31,607 bases of DNA from Sulfurihydrogenibium sp. (GTDB taxonomy: Bacteria > Aquificota > Aquificia > Aquificales > Hydrogenothermaceae). Positions 1 through 8,065 of this stretch are shown piece by piece (position 1 is the first letter of the stretch; each line of letters begins with the position of its first letter). Location: assembly GCA_037442825.1 (NCBI GenBank), contig JBBIPN010000008.1, forward strand, positions 1-31,607, written 5' to 3'. Position numbers and translations under genes: made by a program. A model generated the notes under the pieces. The model made no database searches and was not told the origin of the DNA. It saw only the letters and a list, made by a program, of their open reading frames with translations.

Positions 1-202
1 TATCTTGAATTTTTTCTACAGTTGGTATCTCATCTTCTGATAGTCTTGATTGAAGTTTATTTAAAACAATTTCTGTCAGTCTTTTTGTTTTTTCCTTATT
101 TTTTTCTCCAACAGATATCATTGCTTTCCATATAGCATTTTCTATCTTTGTAATATCAAAATCTACAATAGAACCATCCCTTTTGATTACCTTATAAATC
201 AT
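1..202 (-). CDS. 5' part (runs off window) of an ATP-cone domain protein, most likely a ribonucleotide reductase large subunit (NrdD-type favoured; NrdA/NrdJ not excluded)
   Basis: Not in ORF track. Manual translation from ATG at 202: MIYKVIKRDGSIVDFDITKIENAIWKAMISVGEKNKEKTKRLTEIVLNKLQSRLSEDEIPTVEKIQD. The VIKRDG...FD..KI..AI.KA...P.VE.IQD pattern is the ATP-cone signature. SD-like GAAGGGGGA upstream. Confidence 0.8.
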   Translation of the reverse strand, partial: MIYKVIKRDGSIVDFDITKIENAIWKAMISVGEKNKEKTKRLTEIVLNKLQSRLSEDEIPTVEKIQD

Positions 203-253
203 TTTTATCCCCCTTCATGCTAAATATAAGATTTTTATTTTAAATTATCAACT

Positions 254-267
254 ATGATTTAAGTCAT
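254..267. promoter_or_regulatory. Putative CRP/FNR-family binding site ATGAT-TTAA-GTCAT
   Basis: Near-palindrome resembling TTGAT-N4-ATCAA, about 52 bp upstream of the ATP-cone gene start; similar boxes at 10936 and 17073. Confidence 0.45.
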
Positions 268-289
268 TTTATTTTAATAATAATATATA

Positions 290-304
290 TGAGAATAAAT
301 CTCA
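290..304. promoter_or_regulatory. Putative Fur-family 7-1-7 box TGAGAAT-A-AATCTCA
   Basis: 7-1-7 inverted repeat with one mismatch, resembling TGATAAT-n-ATTATCA, just upstream of the GGAGG RBS of the 55-aa ORF. Confidence 0.45.
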
Positions 305-325
305 ATTAAAATTGGAGGCAAAAAA

Positions 326-493
326 ATGTCTGCTTTGGATATTAATAAGAAAATAGATGTTTTAACAAAGGATTATTTAAAAATCTTAAATAGATTAAAT
401 GATGGTCATTTAAAAATAGAAGCCTTTAAAACGTACTATGAAATGTTAGAGCTAATAAAAGTTTTAAAAGAGGAAGAAATCTTAAAAAAGTAG
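326..493 (+). CDS. Small hypothetical protein (55 aa)
   Basis: Below the track cut-off. GGAGG at 314-318, ATG at 326, TAG at 491-493; MSALDINKKIDVLTKDYLKILNRLNDGHLKIEAFKTYYEMLELIKVLKEEEILKK. Fills the gap and ends 2 bp from the convergent DGC stop. Confidence 0.7.
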   Translation: MSALDINKKIDVLTKDYLKILNRLNDGHLKIEAFKTYYEMLELIKVLKEEEILKK

Positions 494-495
494 AA

Positions 496-2337
496 TTAGT
501 ACTCTTCCCCTTGCCACATACTTTTTTCAAATCTTACTACTTTGTTTCTTCCTAATTCTTTTGCTTTATATAAAGCAACATCTGCATATTTTATACATTC
601 CCAAATTTGATTTGTATCAATAGGAAATTCTGCAACACCAATACTTACAGTTTTCTTTAATGTGCCTCCAGGAAATTCAATGAATCTACCTTCTACATTT
701 TTTCTTATTTTTTCTGCAACTTTTTCACTAAATCCTGGCTGTACATCCATTAAAAGTACAAGGAATTCTTCACCACCCCATCTGATAACATAGTCAGACT
801 CTCTGATACTTTTTTTGATAGTATCAGCAACAGTTTTTATTACTTTATCTCCCACATCGTGTCCATAAGTATCATTTACCTTTTTAAAGAAATCAATATC
901 TATCATAAGTATACCAAGTGTTGAATTTCTTCTAAGTATTTCTGCTGATAATTTTTTTGATATCTCTTCAAAAAATCTTCTATTGTATAAGTTTGTAAGA
1001 GTGTCTTTCAAGGTTTGTTCTTTTAAAATCTCCATGTATGTTTTTGCTTCTAAAACTGGAGCAGTTTCTGAAAGATAACTTTTTATGTATGGAATATATA
1101 GATTTATTAGATCATTATTTTCTTTCTCGTAAACAATCTGTAGAATATTTCCTATATGTCCTCCTGTATAGACAGGTATACAGTAATGGTTATATCCATT
1201 ATCTCCACCACATTTTGTAAAAGAAGGACATATACAATCAAACTCCCTTGAATCTACATCTACGCCTGTTCTTTTAGCTCTACATTCGTTTGCATCTTTT
1301 AAAATTGTCTCATTACACCAATTTTCTTCTCCAAGTTTAAAAGCTATTTTCATTGTGTTTTTATTTTCATCAACTTCATAAAAAGTTCCCCTATTAAATC
1401 CCATGTAGTCTTTTATAGTATAGTGTATTCTTTTGTATACTTCTTCTTTTGATGGATCTTTTTCAATTACCCTTTTAAATTGGTAAATTTTTAAAAGTTC
1501 ACTAACCATTTTTGATGTATCTTTCAACGCATTGCCAGATTTATTTAATGTATATCCTATTATATATTTTATGTTTGATTCTATTTCTTCTAATGTTTTT
1601 GACAGCGTTTTAAATGTTTCATTCATTTTTTTGCTTACACTCCCAGATTCATCATCTGTTCTTATTGGAATATTATCTGAAAAATCACCTTCTGCAGCTT
1701 TTTCTAAATTTTTTTCTAAATCTTCCATAGTTTTTATATAAGGTTCGAAAAATTTAGCCATATAATATCCAAAAAGTATAACTATAAAAGTAACAATAAT
1801 AAAGAATATAGCTGTGATTATAATTCCAACATTCCTAATAAGTGTTATATCTATAGATACACTAATGGCACCTAAAACTTCACCTTCTTTAGCTTGATGA
1901 CAGTTAAGACAGTTTATACCTTTATAAACTTCTGCTTTGTAAGGTATTATTACTTTATAAACTACAGATTTTATACCTTCATCTAAAAACTCTTGCTCTA
2001 TACCTATCTGTAAGACCCTTTTTTCTAAAATATTTGTAGGTTTTTCGTAAAGTAAACCTTTACCAAATTGTTTTATAACTGTATCGGATCTTACTACTCT
2101 TATCTCTTTAACACCTTTAACTTCCTTTATTTTATGTAAAAATTCTTCTCTTTTATCCATAATGCCGTTTACCATGAAAGATGTAAGGGAGTCTTTTATT
2201 ATCTGAGCTATAATATTTGCTTTTTCTTTTGATTGTTCTAATGCTAACTTTCTTATTGAATAAGATATAGAAAAAAAGGAAACTAATATAACTAAAAGTA
2301 TACCTATAAAAATTCTAAAAAGCATTTTTCTTCTCAT
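496..2337 (-). CDS. Membrane-bound diguanylate cyclase: periplasmic c-type heme (DUF3365/Tll0287-like) sensor, HAMP, Cys-rich GAF-like domain, GGDEF
   Basis: Two TM helices flank a domain with CLNCH (CxxCH); HAMP-like 'GDFSDNIPIRTDDESG'; DTLTNLYNRR, DIDFFKKVNDTYGHDVGD, RWGGEEF; RESD I-site. Confidence 0.92.
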   Translation of the reverse strand: MRRKMLFRIFIGILLVILVSFFSISYSIRKLALEQSKEKANIIAQIIKDSLTSFMVNGIMDKREEFLHKIKEVKGVKEIRVVRSDTVIKQFGKGLLYEKPTNILEKRVLQIGIEQEFLDEGIKSVVYKVIIPYKAEVYKGINCLNCHQAKEGEVLGAISVSIDITLIRNVGIIITAIFFIIVTFIVILFGYYMAKFFEPYIKTMEDLEKNLEKAAEGDFSDNIPIRTDDESGSVSKKMNETFKTLSKTLEEIESNIKYIIGYTLNKSGNALKDTSKMVSELLKIYQFKRVIEKDPSKEEVYKRIHYTIKDYMGFNRGTFYEVDENKNTMKIAFKLGEENWCNETILKDANECRAKRTGVDVDSREFDCICPSFTKCGGDNGYNHYCIPVYTGGHIGNILQIVYEKENNDLINLYIPYIKSYLSETAPVLEAKTYMEILKEQTLKDTLTNLYNRRFFEEISKKLSAEILRRNSTLGILMIDIDFFKKVNDTYGHDVGDKVIKTVADTIKKSIRESDYVIRWGGEEFLVLLMDVQPGFSEKVAEKIRKNVEGRFIEFPGGTLKKTVSIGVAEFPIDTNQIWECIKYADVALYKAKELGRNKVVRFEKSMWQGEEY

Positions 2338-2369
2338 ATATATCCCTCTTTTTGTTTCCTAAATACCAA

Positions 2370-2945
2370 TTAAAAGTTTATTTTATATTTTCTTTTTATT
2401 ATATGTATAATAGTAATTTTTAAAGCTTCTTCCTTTTCTTTTACATAAAATTTCTTTATATGTTTTTCGGCTTTTTTGAGAATTTTTTCTTTCTCTTCTT
2501 TACTTAAATTTTTAAATATATATTCTGCTACTGTATTAGCTATATAAATATTTTTTAAAGTTCTGTTTAGATTTTTTATTTTAGATACGTCTAAAATATT
2601 ATAAGGAATTCTATTTTTTTCAAAAACATTTTTCCAGTAGTCATCAAAAATATAATCATAATCTCTATCTTCTTTTTCTTTTATAGGAAAATCTTTATCT
2701 TTTTGTATTTCAATATCTTTTATTAGTTTTAATTCTTTTAAATTTTCAATTAAAATACTTTCTAAAGATATTTTTCGTTTTGGTGGTCTATCTATAATGT
2801 TGATAGCTTGCTTTAAATCTTCCGTTTGATATATTTTCGCTAATTTTTTTAATGTTTCTATTTCTATTGGATTTAACTTTATTGCCGGTATATTAAACTT
2901 TTTGCAGTAGTAATCTAAAAGTTCATCTTCTTCAGTGTTAGCCAT
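2370..2945 (-). CDS. Hypothetical protein (191 aa); N-terminus weakly DnaD/DnaB_2-like
   Basis: Long ORF overlapping the upstream aldolase stop; Lys/Glu-rich; no firm family motif. Confidence 0.7.
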   Translation of the reverse strand: MANTEEDELLDYYCKKFNIPAIKLNPIEIETLKKLAKIYQTEDLKQAINIIDRPPKRKISLESILIENLKELKLIKDIEIQKDKDFPIKEKEDRDYDYIFDDYWKNVFEKNRIPYNILDVSKIKNLNRTLKNIYIANTVAEYIFKNLSKEEKEKILKKAEKHIKKFYVKEKEEALKITIIHIIKRKYKINF

Positions 2946-3490
2946 TTATAGTGTATCTCCGCTGAGTTTTCTAAGGTTGATGTATATTTTAACGCTTCAT
3001 TTAGAGATTTTCCAGCAGAGAAGCTTCCATGATTTTTAACAATACATACTTTGAAATTCTTTTTAAAAGTTTCTGCTACTGCTACTGCAAGTTCTTCTGA
3101 TGCTGAAGGTTTTTCTACTTCTATTATAGGTACTTCTTTTATAAAAAGTTCTCCTTCTGTATCCATAGGTTTGAATGTTTTTAAAAAATAACCTAGTGAA
3201 GTGGCAGTTATAGGATGAGCGTGAATAACTGCATTTATATCTGAATTTTTTTTATAGATTTCTCTGTGAACTATTAGCTCTATTGAAGCTTCCTTGTCTT
3301 TTTCTGTTTTTTCATATATAGGAAGTTTTACTATGTCTTCTTCTTTTAAAAATCCTGCCATACGTCCAGTTTTTGTAACATAAAGAAAATCACCTTCTCT
3401 GATGCTTAAGTTTCCTCCATGGGAAGATACAAGTTTAAGCTCATGTAAGACTCTTCCCGTAAAGATAATTTCTTTTATAAATTTATTCAA
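2915..3490 (-). CDS. Class II aldolase/adducin family protein (FucA/MtnB-like)
   Basis: GGNLSIR, ASIE...H..IY, AVIHAHP and NHG metal-binding motifs. Confidence 0.9.
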   Translation of the reverse strand: MNKFIKEIIFTGRVLHELKLVSSHGGNLSIREGDFLYVTKTGRMAGFLKEEDIVKLPIYEKTEKDKEASIELIVHREIYKKNSDINAVIHAHPITATSLGYFLKTFKPMDTEGELFIKEVPIIEVEKPSASEELAVAVAETFKKNFKVCIVKNHGSFSAGKSLNEALKYTSTLENSAEIHYKWLTLKKMNF

Positions 3491-4286
3491 TCTTAACCCC
3501 CACTACAGTTATATTAGACTTTTTAGCTTTTTCAATAAATTTTTCTCTTTCTAATAGATATGTTTTATTTGATTCAACAGCTAATACTCTTGCTTTTGCT
3601 TTTTTCATACTTTCCAATGTTTTTATTCCAATTACTGGTACATCATATCGCATATCTTGGTTTTTCCTTGCTGCTTTACAAACTACGATGCCACTTCCAC
3701 CAAGGTCGCCACCTCTAAGTATACATTTATCTGTTCCTTCTACACCTTCTATTGCAATTACAACACCATCTTTTACTACAACAGTTTGTCCAATATCTAA
3801 ATCAGCTATCTCTTTTGCTATCTTCATTCCAAAATTAACATCTTTTGCCGAATTTTCATCTAAACTTCCCACTAATATACCTTCAGGCATTAATATATCT
3901 TTCAAGTGATCAGTTGGATCTATAAAGTTAAAACCTTCCTGTTCAAGTTCTTTTATGATTGATAAAAGTATAGATTTTGCTCTTTTGTCTTTAAGGTTAC
4001 TTAAGAATTTTTTAGATTTTTCATCAAATTTATGAAAATGAAATATTATAGAACTATGTTCTATTTTTCCAAGCATTACAAGATTTTTTATATTAAGATT
4101 TTTTAAAGTGTCTATTATTTTTTGAGCTTCTGTAAAAGAAAACCAGTAAGTTTTTCCATACTTTTCTATTTCTTTGTCTGTTGATGATTTTATAGCTATT
4201 ATTGTTAGGTCATCTTTGTTTTTGTATGCAGATTTTGCAAATGTTAAAGGTAGTTCTCCTGAGCCTGCAATCAGCCCTATCTTCAT
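3483..4286 (-). CDS. lpxI: UDP-2,3-diacylglucosamine pyrophosphatase LpxI (DUF1009)
   Basis: IGLIAGSGELP, DIGQTVVV, AIEGVEGTD..I.R, QDMRYDVPVIG; directly downstream of lpxA. Confidence 0.93.
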   Translation of the reverse strand: MKIGLIAGSGELPLTFAKSAYKNKDDLTIIAIKSSTDKEIEKYGKTYWFSFTEAQKIIDTLKNLNIKNLVMLGKIEHSSIIFHFHKFDEKSKKFLSNLKDKRAKSILLSIIKELEQEGFNFIDPTDHLKDILMPEGILVGSLDENSAKDVNFGMKIAKEIADLDIGQTVVVKDGVVIAIEGVEGTDKCILRGGDLGGSGIVVCKAARKNQDMRYDVPVIGIKTLESMKKAKARVLAVESNKTYLLEREKFIEKAKKSNITVVGVKIE

Positions 4287-4288
4287 AT

Positions 4289-5107
4289 TTAAAACTCTTC
4301 GTCAGATGTTAAAAGCTTTCTTTTTGAAGCTTCTGGTGCTATTCCTCTTTTTGTTGTTTTTACAAAATCTAAAAGCATTTGTATTTCTTGAGTCAGTGGT
4401 AGTTTCTCTTCTACTTCTTTTATTCCTTCAGATATCGTTTTTGAAGTTCTAAATAGAATTCTATAAGCTTCTTTTATTAATTTAATCTGCTGAGAACTAA
4501 ATCCTCTTCTTTTTAGTCCTACTAAGTTTAATCCATAAAGCATAGCATGATTTTTTGAAGCTCTTGTAAATGGTGGTATGTCTTTATCTACTGCGGAAGC
4601 TCCACCTACCATTGCATAATCACCAATTCTACAAAACTGATGGATAGGTGTTAAACCACCAACAAAGACATAGTTACCAATTTTTACATGTCCTGCTAAT
4701 GTAGTGTTATTTGCAAGTATTGTGTTATCTCCAACTTTACAATCATGGGCTATATGGACATATGCCATTAAGTAGGTATTGTTTCCTATTTTTGTAATAC
4801 CATCATCAAAAGATGTTCCTCTATGTATTGTACAGTATTCTCTTATAACAGTACTATTTCCAATTTCTACGTATGTAACTTCTCCTTTAAAACCTAAATG
4901 TTGTGGGATATTCCCAATAATAGCACCTTCATAGATTTCACAGTTATAGCCTATTTTTGTGAATGACTTAATCTTTACAGAAGAATGTATAACAGTATTA
5001 TCTCCGATTTCTACATCATCTTCTATAATAGAAAAAGGGCCAACTTTAACGTTGGCCCCCAACTTTGCTTTATCGCTTACTATAGCTGTTGGATGTATTT
5101 CTATCAT
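4289..5107 (-). CDS. lpxA: Acyl-ACP--UDP-N-acetylglucosamine O-acyltransferase
   Basis: IHPTAIV, hexapeptide repeats, IREYCTIHRGT, MAYVHIAHDC, LAGHV, IHQFCRIG. Confidence 0.97.
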   Translation of the reverse strand: MIEIHPTAIVSDKAKLGANVKVGPFSIIEDDVEIGDNTVIHSSVKIKSFTKIGYNCEIYEGAIIGNIPQHLGFKGEVTYVEIGNSTVIREYCTIHRGTSFDDGITKIGNNTYLMAYVHIAHDCKVGDNTILANNTTLAGHVKIGNYVFVGGLTPIHQFCRIGDYAMVGGASAVDKDIPPFTRASKNHAMLYGLNLVGLKRRGFSSQQIKLIKEAYRILFRTSKTISEGIKEVEEKLPLTQEIQMLLDFVKTTKRGIAPEASKRKLLTSDEEF

Positions 5108-5116
5108 AAAAATCCT

Positions 5117-5434
5117 TTATGTTAAAATAGTTTTTAATACTTCTTTAGATTGCACTCCTACCTTTGTATCTACAACTCTTCCGTTTTTAAATATCATTAT
5201 TGTAGGTATAGCTCTTATTCCATACTTTATAGCAAGGTTTGGATTTTCATCTGTATTAACTTTAACAACTTTTGCTTTTCCTTCTAATTCTACAGCAATT
5301 TCTTCCACAATTGGTGCAATTAATCTACATGGTCCACACCATGGAGCCCAAAAATCTACTAAAACTGGAACATCTGAATTTAAAACTTCTTCTTGAAAAT
5401 TTGATTCACTAACTGATATTACTTTACCAGCCAT
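5117..5434 (-). CDS. trxA: Thioredoxin
   Basis: [11 protein letters not shown] active site; 105 aa. Confidence 0.96.
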   Translation of the reverse strand: MAGKVISVSESNFQEEVLNSDVPVLVDFWAPWCGPCRLIAPIVEEIAVELEGKAKVVKVNTDENPNLAIKYGIRAIPTIMIFKNGRVVDTKVGVQSKEVLKTILT

Positions 5435-5435
5435 A

Positions 5436-5753
5436 TTAATCCTCCTGGGTTAAATTTTTGTATAATTCTAGTATTCTCTTGTCTTTAATATAATAACATA
5501 CAATTGATCCTTCTCGCTTGTATCCTAAAATTCCTCTATTCCTTAGTATAGATAAATGTTGAGAGACGTTAGGTTGGGGTAAATCTAAAGCTTCCCAGAT
5601 ATGTTTAACGCATTTTTTACCACTTGCAAGGTAACCTATAATTTTCAATCTTGATGGATGAGCTAAGGCTTTAAGGAGTTCTGCTGTGTCCTCTAAAAAT
5701 TTTTCATCTTGCCATTTATCATTGTCTAAAACTGGGTTGTATTTTTTTTCCAT
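5436..5753 (-). CDS. ArsR/SmtB-family transcriptional regulator
   Basis: [31 protein letters not shown]. Start placed at ATG 5753 (AAGGTGA SD) rather than 5762. Confidence 0.92.
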   Translation of the reverse strand: MEKKYNPVLDNDKWQDEKFLEDTAELLKALAHPSRLKIIGYLASGKKCVKHIWEALDLPQPNVSQHLSILRNRGILGYKREGSIVCYYIKDKRILELYKNLTQED

Positions 5754-5789
5754 GGTTATCACCTTATAAAAATAAAATAATTAGAATAT

Positions 5790-5819
5790 ATTATAAATTA
5801 TGTTTTATATAATTTGCAA
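5790..5819 (-). promoter_or_regulatory. Putative sigma70 promoter for the arsR-trxA-lpxA unit (TTGCAA-18-TATAAT)
   Basis: -35 TTGCAA at 5819-5814 and -10 TATAAT at 5795-5790 on the minus strand, just downstream of a terminator. Confidence 0.5.
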
Positions 5820-5832
5820 CTTTTAATTTGAA

Positions 5833-5868
5833 AATAAGAAAATCAGGGCAGGGTTGGTTACCTGCCTG
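5833..5868 (-). terminator. Rho-independent terminator after the sdhB/sdhE-like pair
   Basis: Minus strand CAGGCAGG-TAACCAAC-CCTGCCCTG then ATTTTCTTATTTT; a GC-rich hairpin in AT-rich DNA 11 bp past the stop. Confidence 0.7.
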
Positions 5869-5879
5869 TAGTAAAAGAT

Positions 5880-6755
5880 TTAAGCGATTTTTTCAACTAT
5901 AGACTTTGTTGAGATAACATGTTTATGTAATCCTAACTCTTTAGGTTTTAAACCAATTGCAAGTCCTATTAATTGTGGTAAATGTAAAACAGGCATACCT
6001 ATGTTTACACCTATCTTTTCTTCTGCTTCTGGTTGCATTGCGTCAAGTTGTGTATGACAAAGTGGGCATGGTGTAACCATAAAATCTGCTTTTTCTTCTT
6101 TTGCTGCTTTAGTATCTTTTACAGTAAGTTTTAATGTTACCTTATCTTCTGCTGACCAGAAAGAGTGAAAACCGCAGCATGCAAGTCTTGCATCATGATC
6201 TACTGGTGTTCCACCGAGTGTTTCAATAAGTCTTTCAATAGATGTTGGATTGTCTGGATCTTCATATCCTGTTAAGTATGGTGGTCTTATGATATGGCAT
6301 CCATAAAATGGTGCTATATTAAATTCTCTAAGAGGTCTTACGACCATAGATTTTATTTTTTCTAAACCTACAGCGTCTATAACTTCCCATAAAAAGTGAG
6401 TAACTTCTATAGTTCCTTTATACTCTAAACCAGCTTCCTTTAGTACCTCATTAACTGCTGCTCTTATTTCAGGATCATGGTCTAACTTAAATTTTGCTTC
6501 TCTAAGCATTAATGTACATGTATTACATATTGTAAGCATATCTAAACCAAGTTCTTCTGCTAAAGCAAGATTTCTTGCATTTATTGTAAGTGATAGAAAT
6601 TCATCTTTTTCTTGTACTGCACCAGCTCCACAGCATGTAGCAGCTTCAAGTTCTATAAGTTCCATTCCAAGCTTTTCAGCAACAAGCTTAGTTGATTCAT
6701 AAAGTTCTGGTGCTACACCTTTTGCAGAACATCCAGTATAAAATGCATATTTCAT
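5880..6755 (-). CDS. CCG-domain (HdrB/SdhE-like) subunit of succinate dehydrogenase/fumarate reductase
   Basis: YTGC...TCCGAG...CNTC and YGC...CCG...CPLC (two CCG domains); directly follows the Fe-S subunit. Confidence 0.9.
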   Translation of the reverse strand: MKYAFYTGCSAKGVAPELYESTKLVAEKLGMELIELEAATCCGAGAVQEKDEFLSLTINARNLALAEELGLDMLTICNTCTLMLREAKFKLDHDPEIRAAVNEVLKEAGLEYKGTIEVTHFLWEVIDAVGLEKIKSMVVRPLREFNIAPFYGCHIIRPPYLTGYEDPDNPTSIERLIETLGGTPVDHDARLACCGFHSFWSAEDKVTLKLTVKDTKAAKEEKADFMVTPCPLCHTQLDAMQPEAEEKIGVNIGMPVLHLPQLIGLAIGLKPKELGLHKHVISTKSIVEKIA

Positions 6756-6756
6756 A

Positions 6757-7800
6757 TTAGTTACCTCCTAATTGTTTAGACTTTCTTTTATCTTCATAAA
6801 CTGTATGTACGTCTGGTATTATTCTTATTTTTACTTTATCTTTCATACCTTTTGCTTTATCAATAATTTTTTTAACTTCTTCATGTCTCTTTACTTTATG
6901 TCCACCGAAGAAATCAGCTATATTAACTTTTCCTTTAAAGAACATCCTTATACCAAAAGGTGCTCTTTTAGCAGCTCCAAGTATACCTTCTTGTCTCATT
7001 GGTAAAAGCATTTCGTTTAGTAATCCTCTGTTGTATATGTCATTTTCAAATATTTCTGCGTGTATTTCTCCGGGAGATTTGAATCCTTCTTCAGCTGCTA
7101 TAATCCTTGTTCTTATTATATTTTCATAAGGCTGAACTTCTTTTGGACATCTTGTGGTACATTCCATACATCTTACACACCACTCAAGATTAAAGTCTTC
7201 TAAAGCAACTTCCAATCTTTCTTTTTTTGCTCCATCCCTTGAATCTGCTATAAATCTGTAAGCTTTTGATAATACCATAGGTCCCAGATAGTTTTCATTT
7301 ACTTTTAGTGCATTACAATCTGACATACAAGAGTTACAAAGTATACAATCTGAAGCATAATCTATCTTTTGGTGGTCAAATGGATCTTGCCTGTATTCTT
7401 TCCCATCTGCCGGTGGATCTTCTTTTGGAATAAACCATGGTTTGATTCTTTTCATTTTATCTATGACCCAGTCCATATCATATATGAGGTCTTTAAGTGG
7501 TTTTATATTTCCAACAGGTTCTACTACCAAAGTATCAGTATTGTACTTTTCTAAGAGATGTGTTATCTGGACCTTACAAGCGAGGTTTGCATGTCCATTT
7601 ATTCGTACTGCGCAAGAACCACATATAGCAGCTCTACAGTTGTATCTAAATGATATAGTAGGATCTTGTTCTTCTTTTGCTTTAAATAAAGCTGCTAATA
7701 GGGTCATACCTTTTTCTACTGGAAGTTTGTAGGTTTTGTAGGAAGGTTCTGAATCTTTTGTAGGATCGTATCTAAAGACTTTAAGATTAAAAAACTCCAT
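6757..7800 (-). CDS. sdhB: Succinate dehydrogenase/fumarate reductase iron-sulfur subunit (SdhB/FrdB, type-E-like)
   Basis: FRYNCRAAICGSC...LAC [2Fe-2S]; CILCNSCMSDC and CVRCMECTTRCP. ATG at 7800 preferred (AGGGGTG SD). Confidence 0.9.
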   Translation of the reverse strand: MEFFNLKVFRYDPTKDSEPSYKTYKLPVEKGMTLLAALFKAKEEQDPTISFRYNCRAAICGSCAVRINGHANLACKVQITHLLEKYNTDTLVVEPVGNIKPLKDLIYDMDWVIDKMKRIKPWFIPKEDPPADGKEYRQDPFDHQKIDYASDCILCNSCMSDCNALKVNENYLGPMVLSKAYRFIADSRDGAKKERLEVALEDFNLEWCVRCMECTTRCPKEVQPYENIIRTRIIAAEEGFKSPGEIHAEIFENDIYNRGLLNEMLLPMRQEGILGAAKRAPFGIRMFFKGKVNIADFFGGHKVKRHEEVKKIIDKAKGMKDKVKIRIIPDVHTVYEDKRKSKQLGGN

Positions 7801-7899
7801 CTTTAACACCCCTTTTAAAATTTTATTAAATTATATTTAAACATATTTTCTATAAAAATCAAACACTATTTTATTTTTTAAATGTAATTTCAACTAGCT

Positions 7900-8055
7900 T
7901 TAATGTAGTTTTTGTAAATACTGAAATATTAAATATAAAATAGCAATAAGAATTAAAATTCTAAATGTTATTTTCATGGCAAAGCCTATTAGCTTTGAAA
8001 TCATAAGTACAACTAATAAAATTATAATAAGCTTAATAATTTCTATATTGTCCAT
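7900..8055 (-). CDS. Small hydrophobic membrane protein (51 aa)
   Basis: Not in track. AAAGGA SD, ATG at 8055, TAA at 7902-7900; MDNIEIIKLIIILLVVLMISKLIGFAMKITFRILILIAILYLIFQYLQKLH; starts 10 bp after the MATE stop. Confidence 0.7.
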   Translation of the reverse strand: MDNIEIIKLIIILLVVLMISKLIGFAMKITFRILILIAILYLIFQYLQKLH

Positions 8056-8065
8056 TCATTTCCTT

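Noticed and set aside
217..233. Possible NrdR box (CTAAATATAAG) upstream of the ATP-cone gene
   Set aside because: The core is one base longer than CwAtATaTwG, flanks do not match, and no tandem second box was seen.
5880..6755. True heterodisulfide reductase or sulfur-oxidising sHdr system
   Set aside because: No hdrA/hdrC or lipoate-binding protein genes nearby; coupling to sdhB favours an SdhE-like role.
7849..7862. Fourth FNR-like box upstream of sdhB (minus strand TTGAT-TTTT-ATAGA)
   Set aside because: Only one good half-site; likely by chance in AT-rich DNA.
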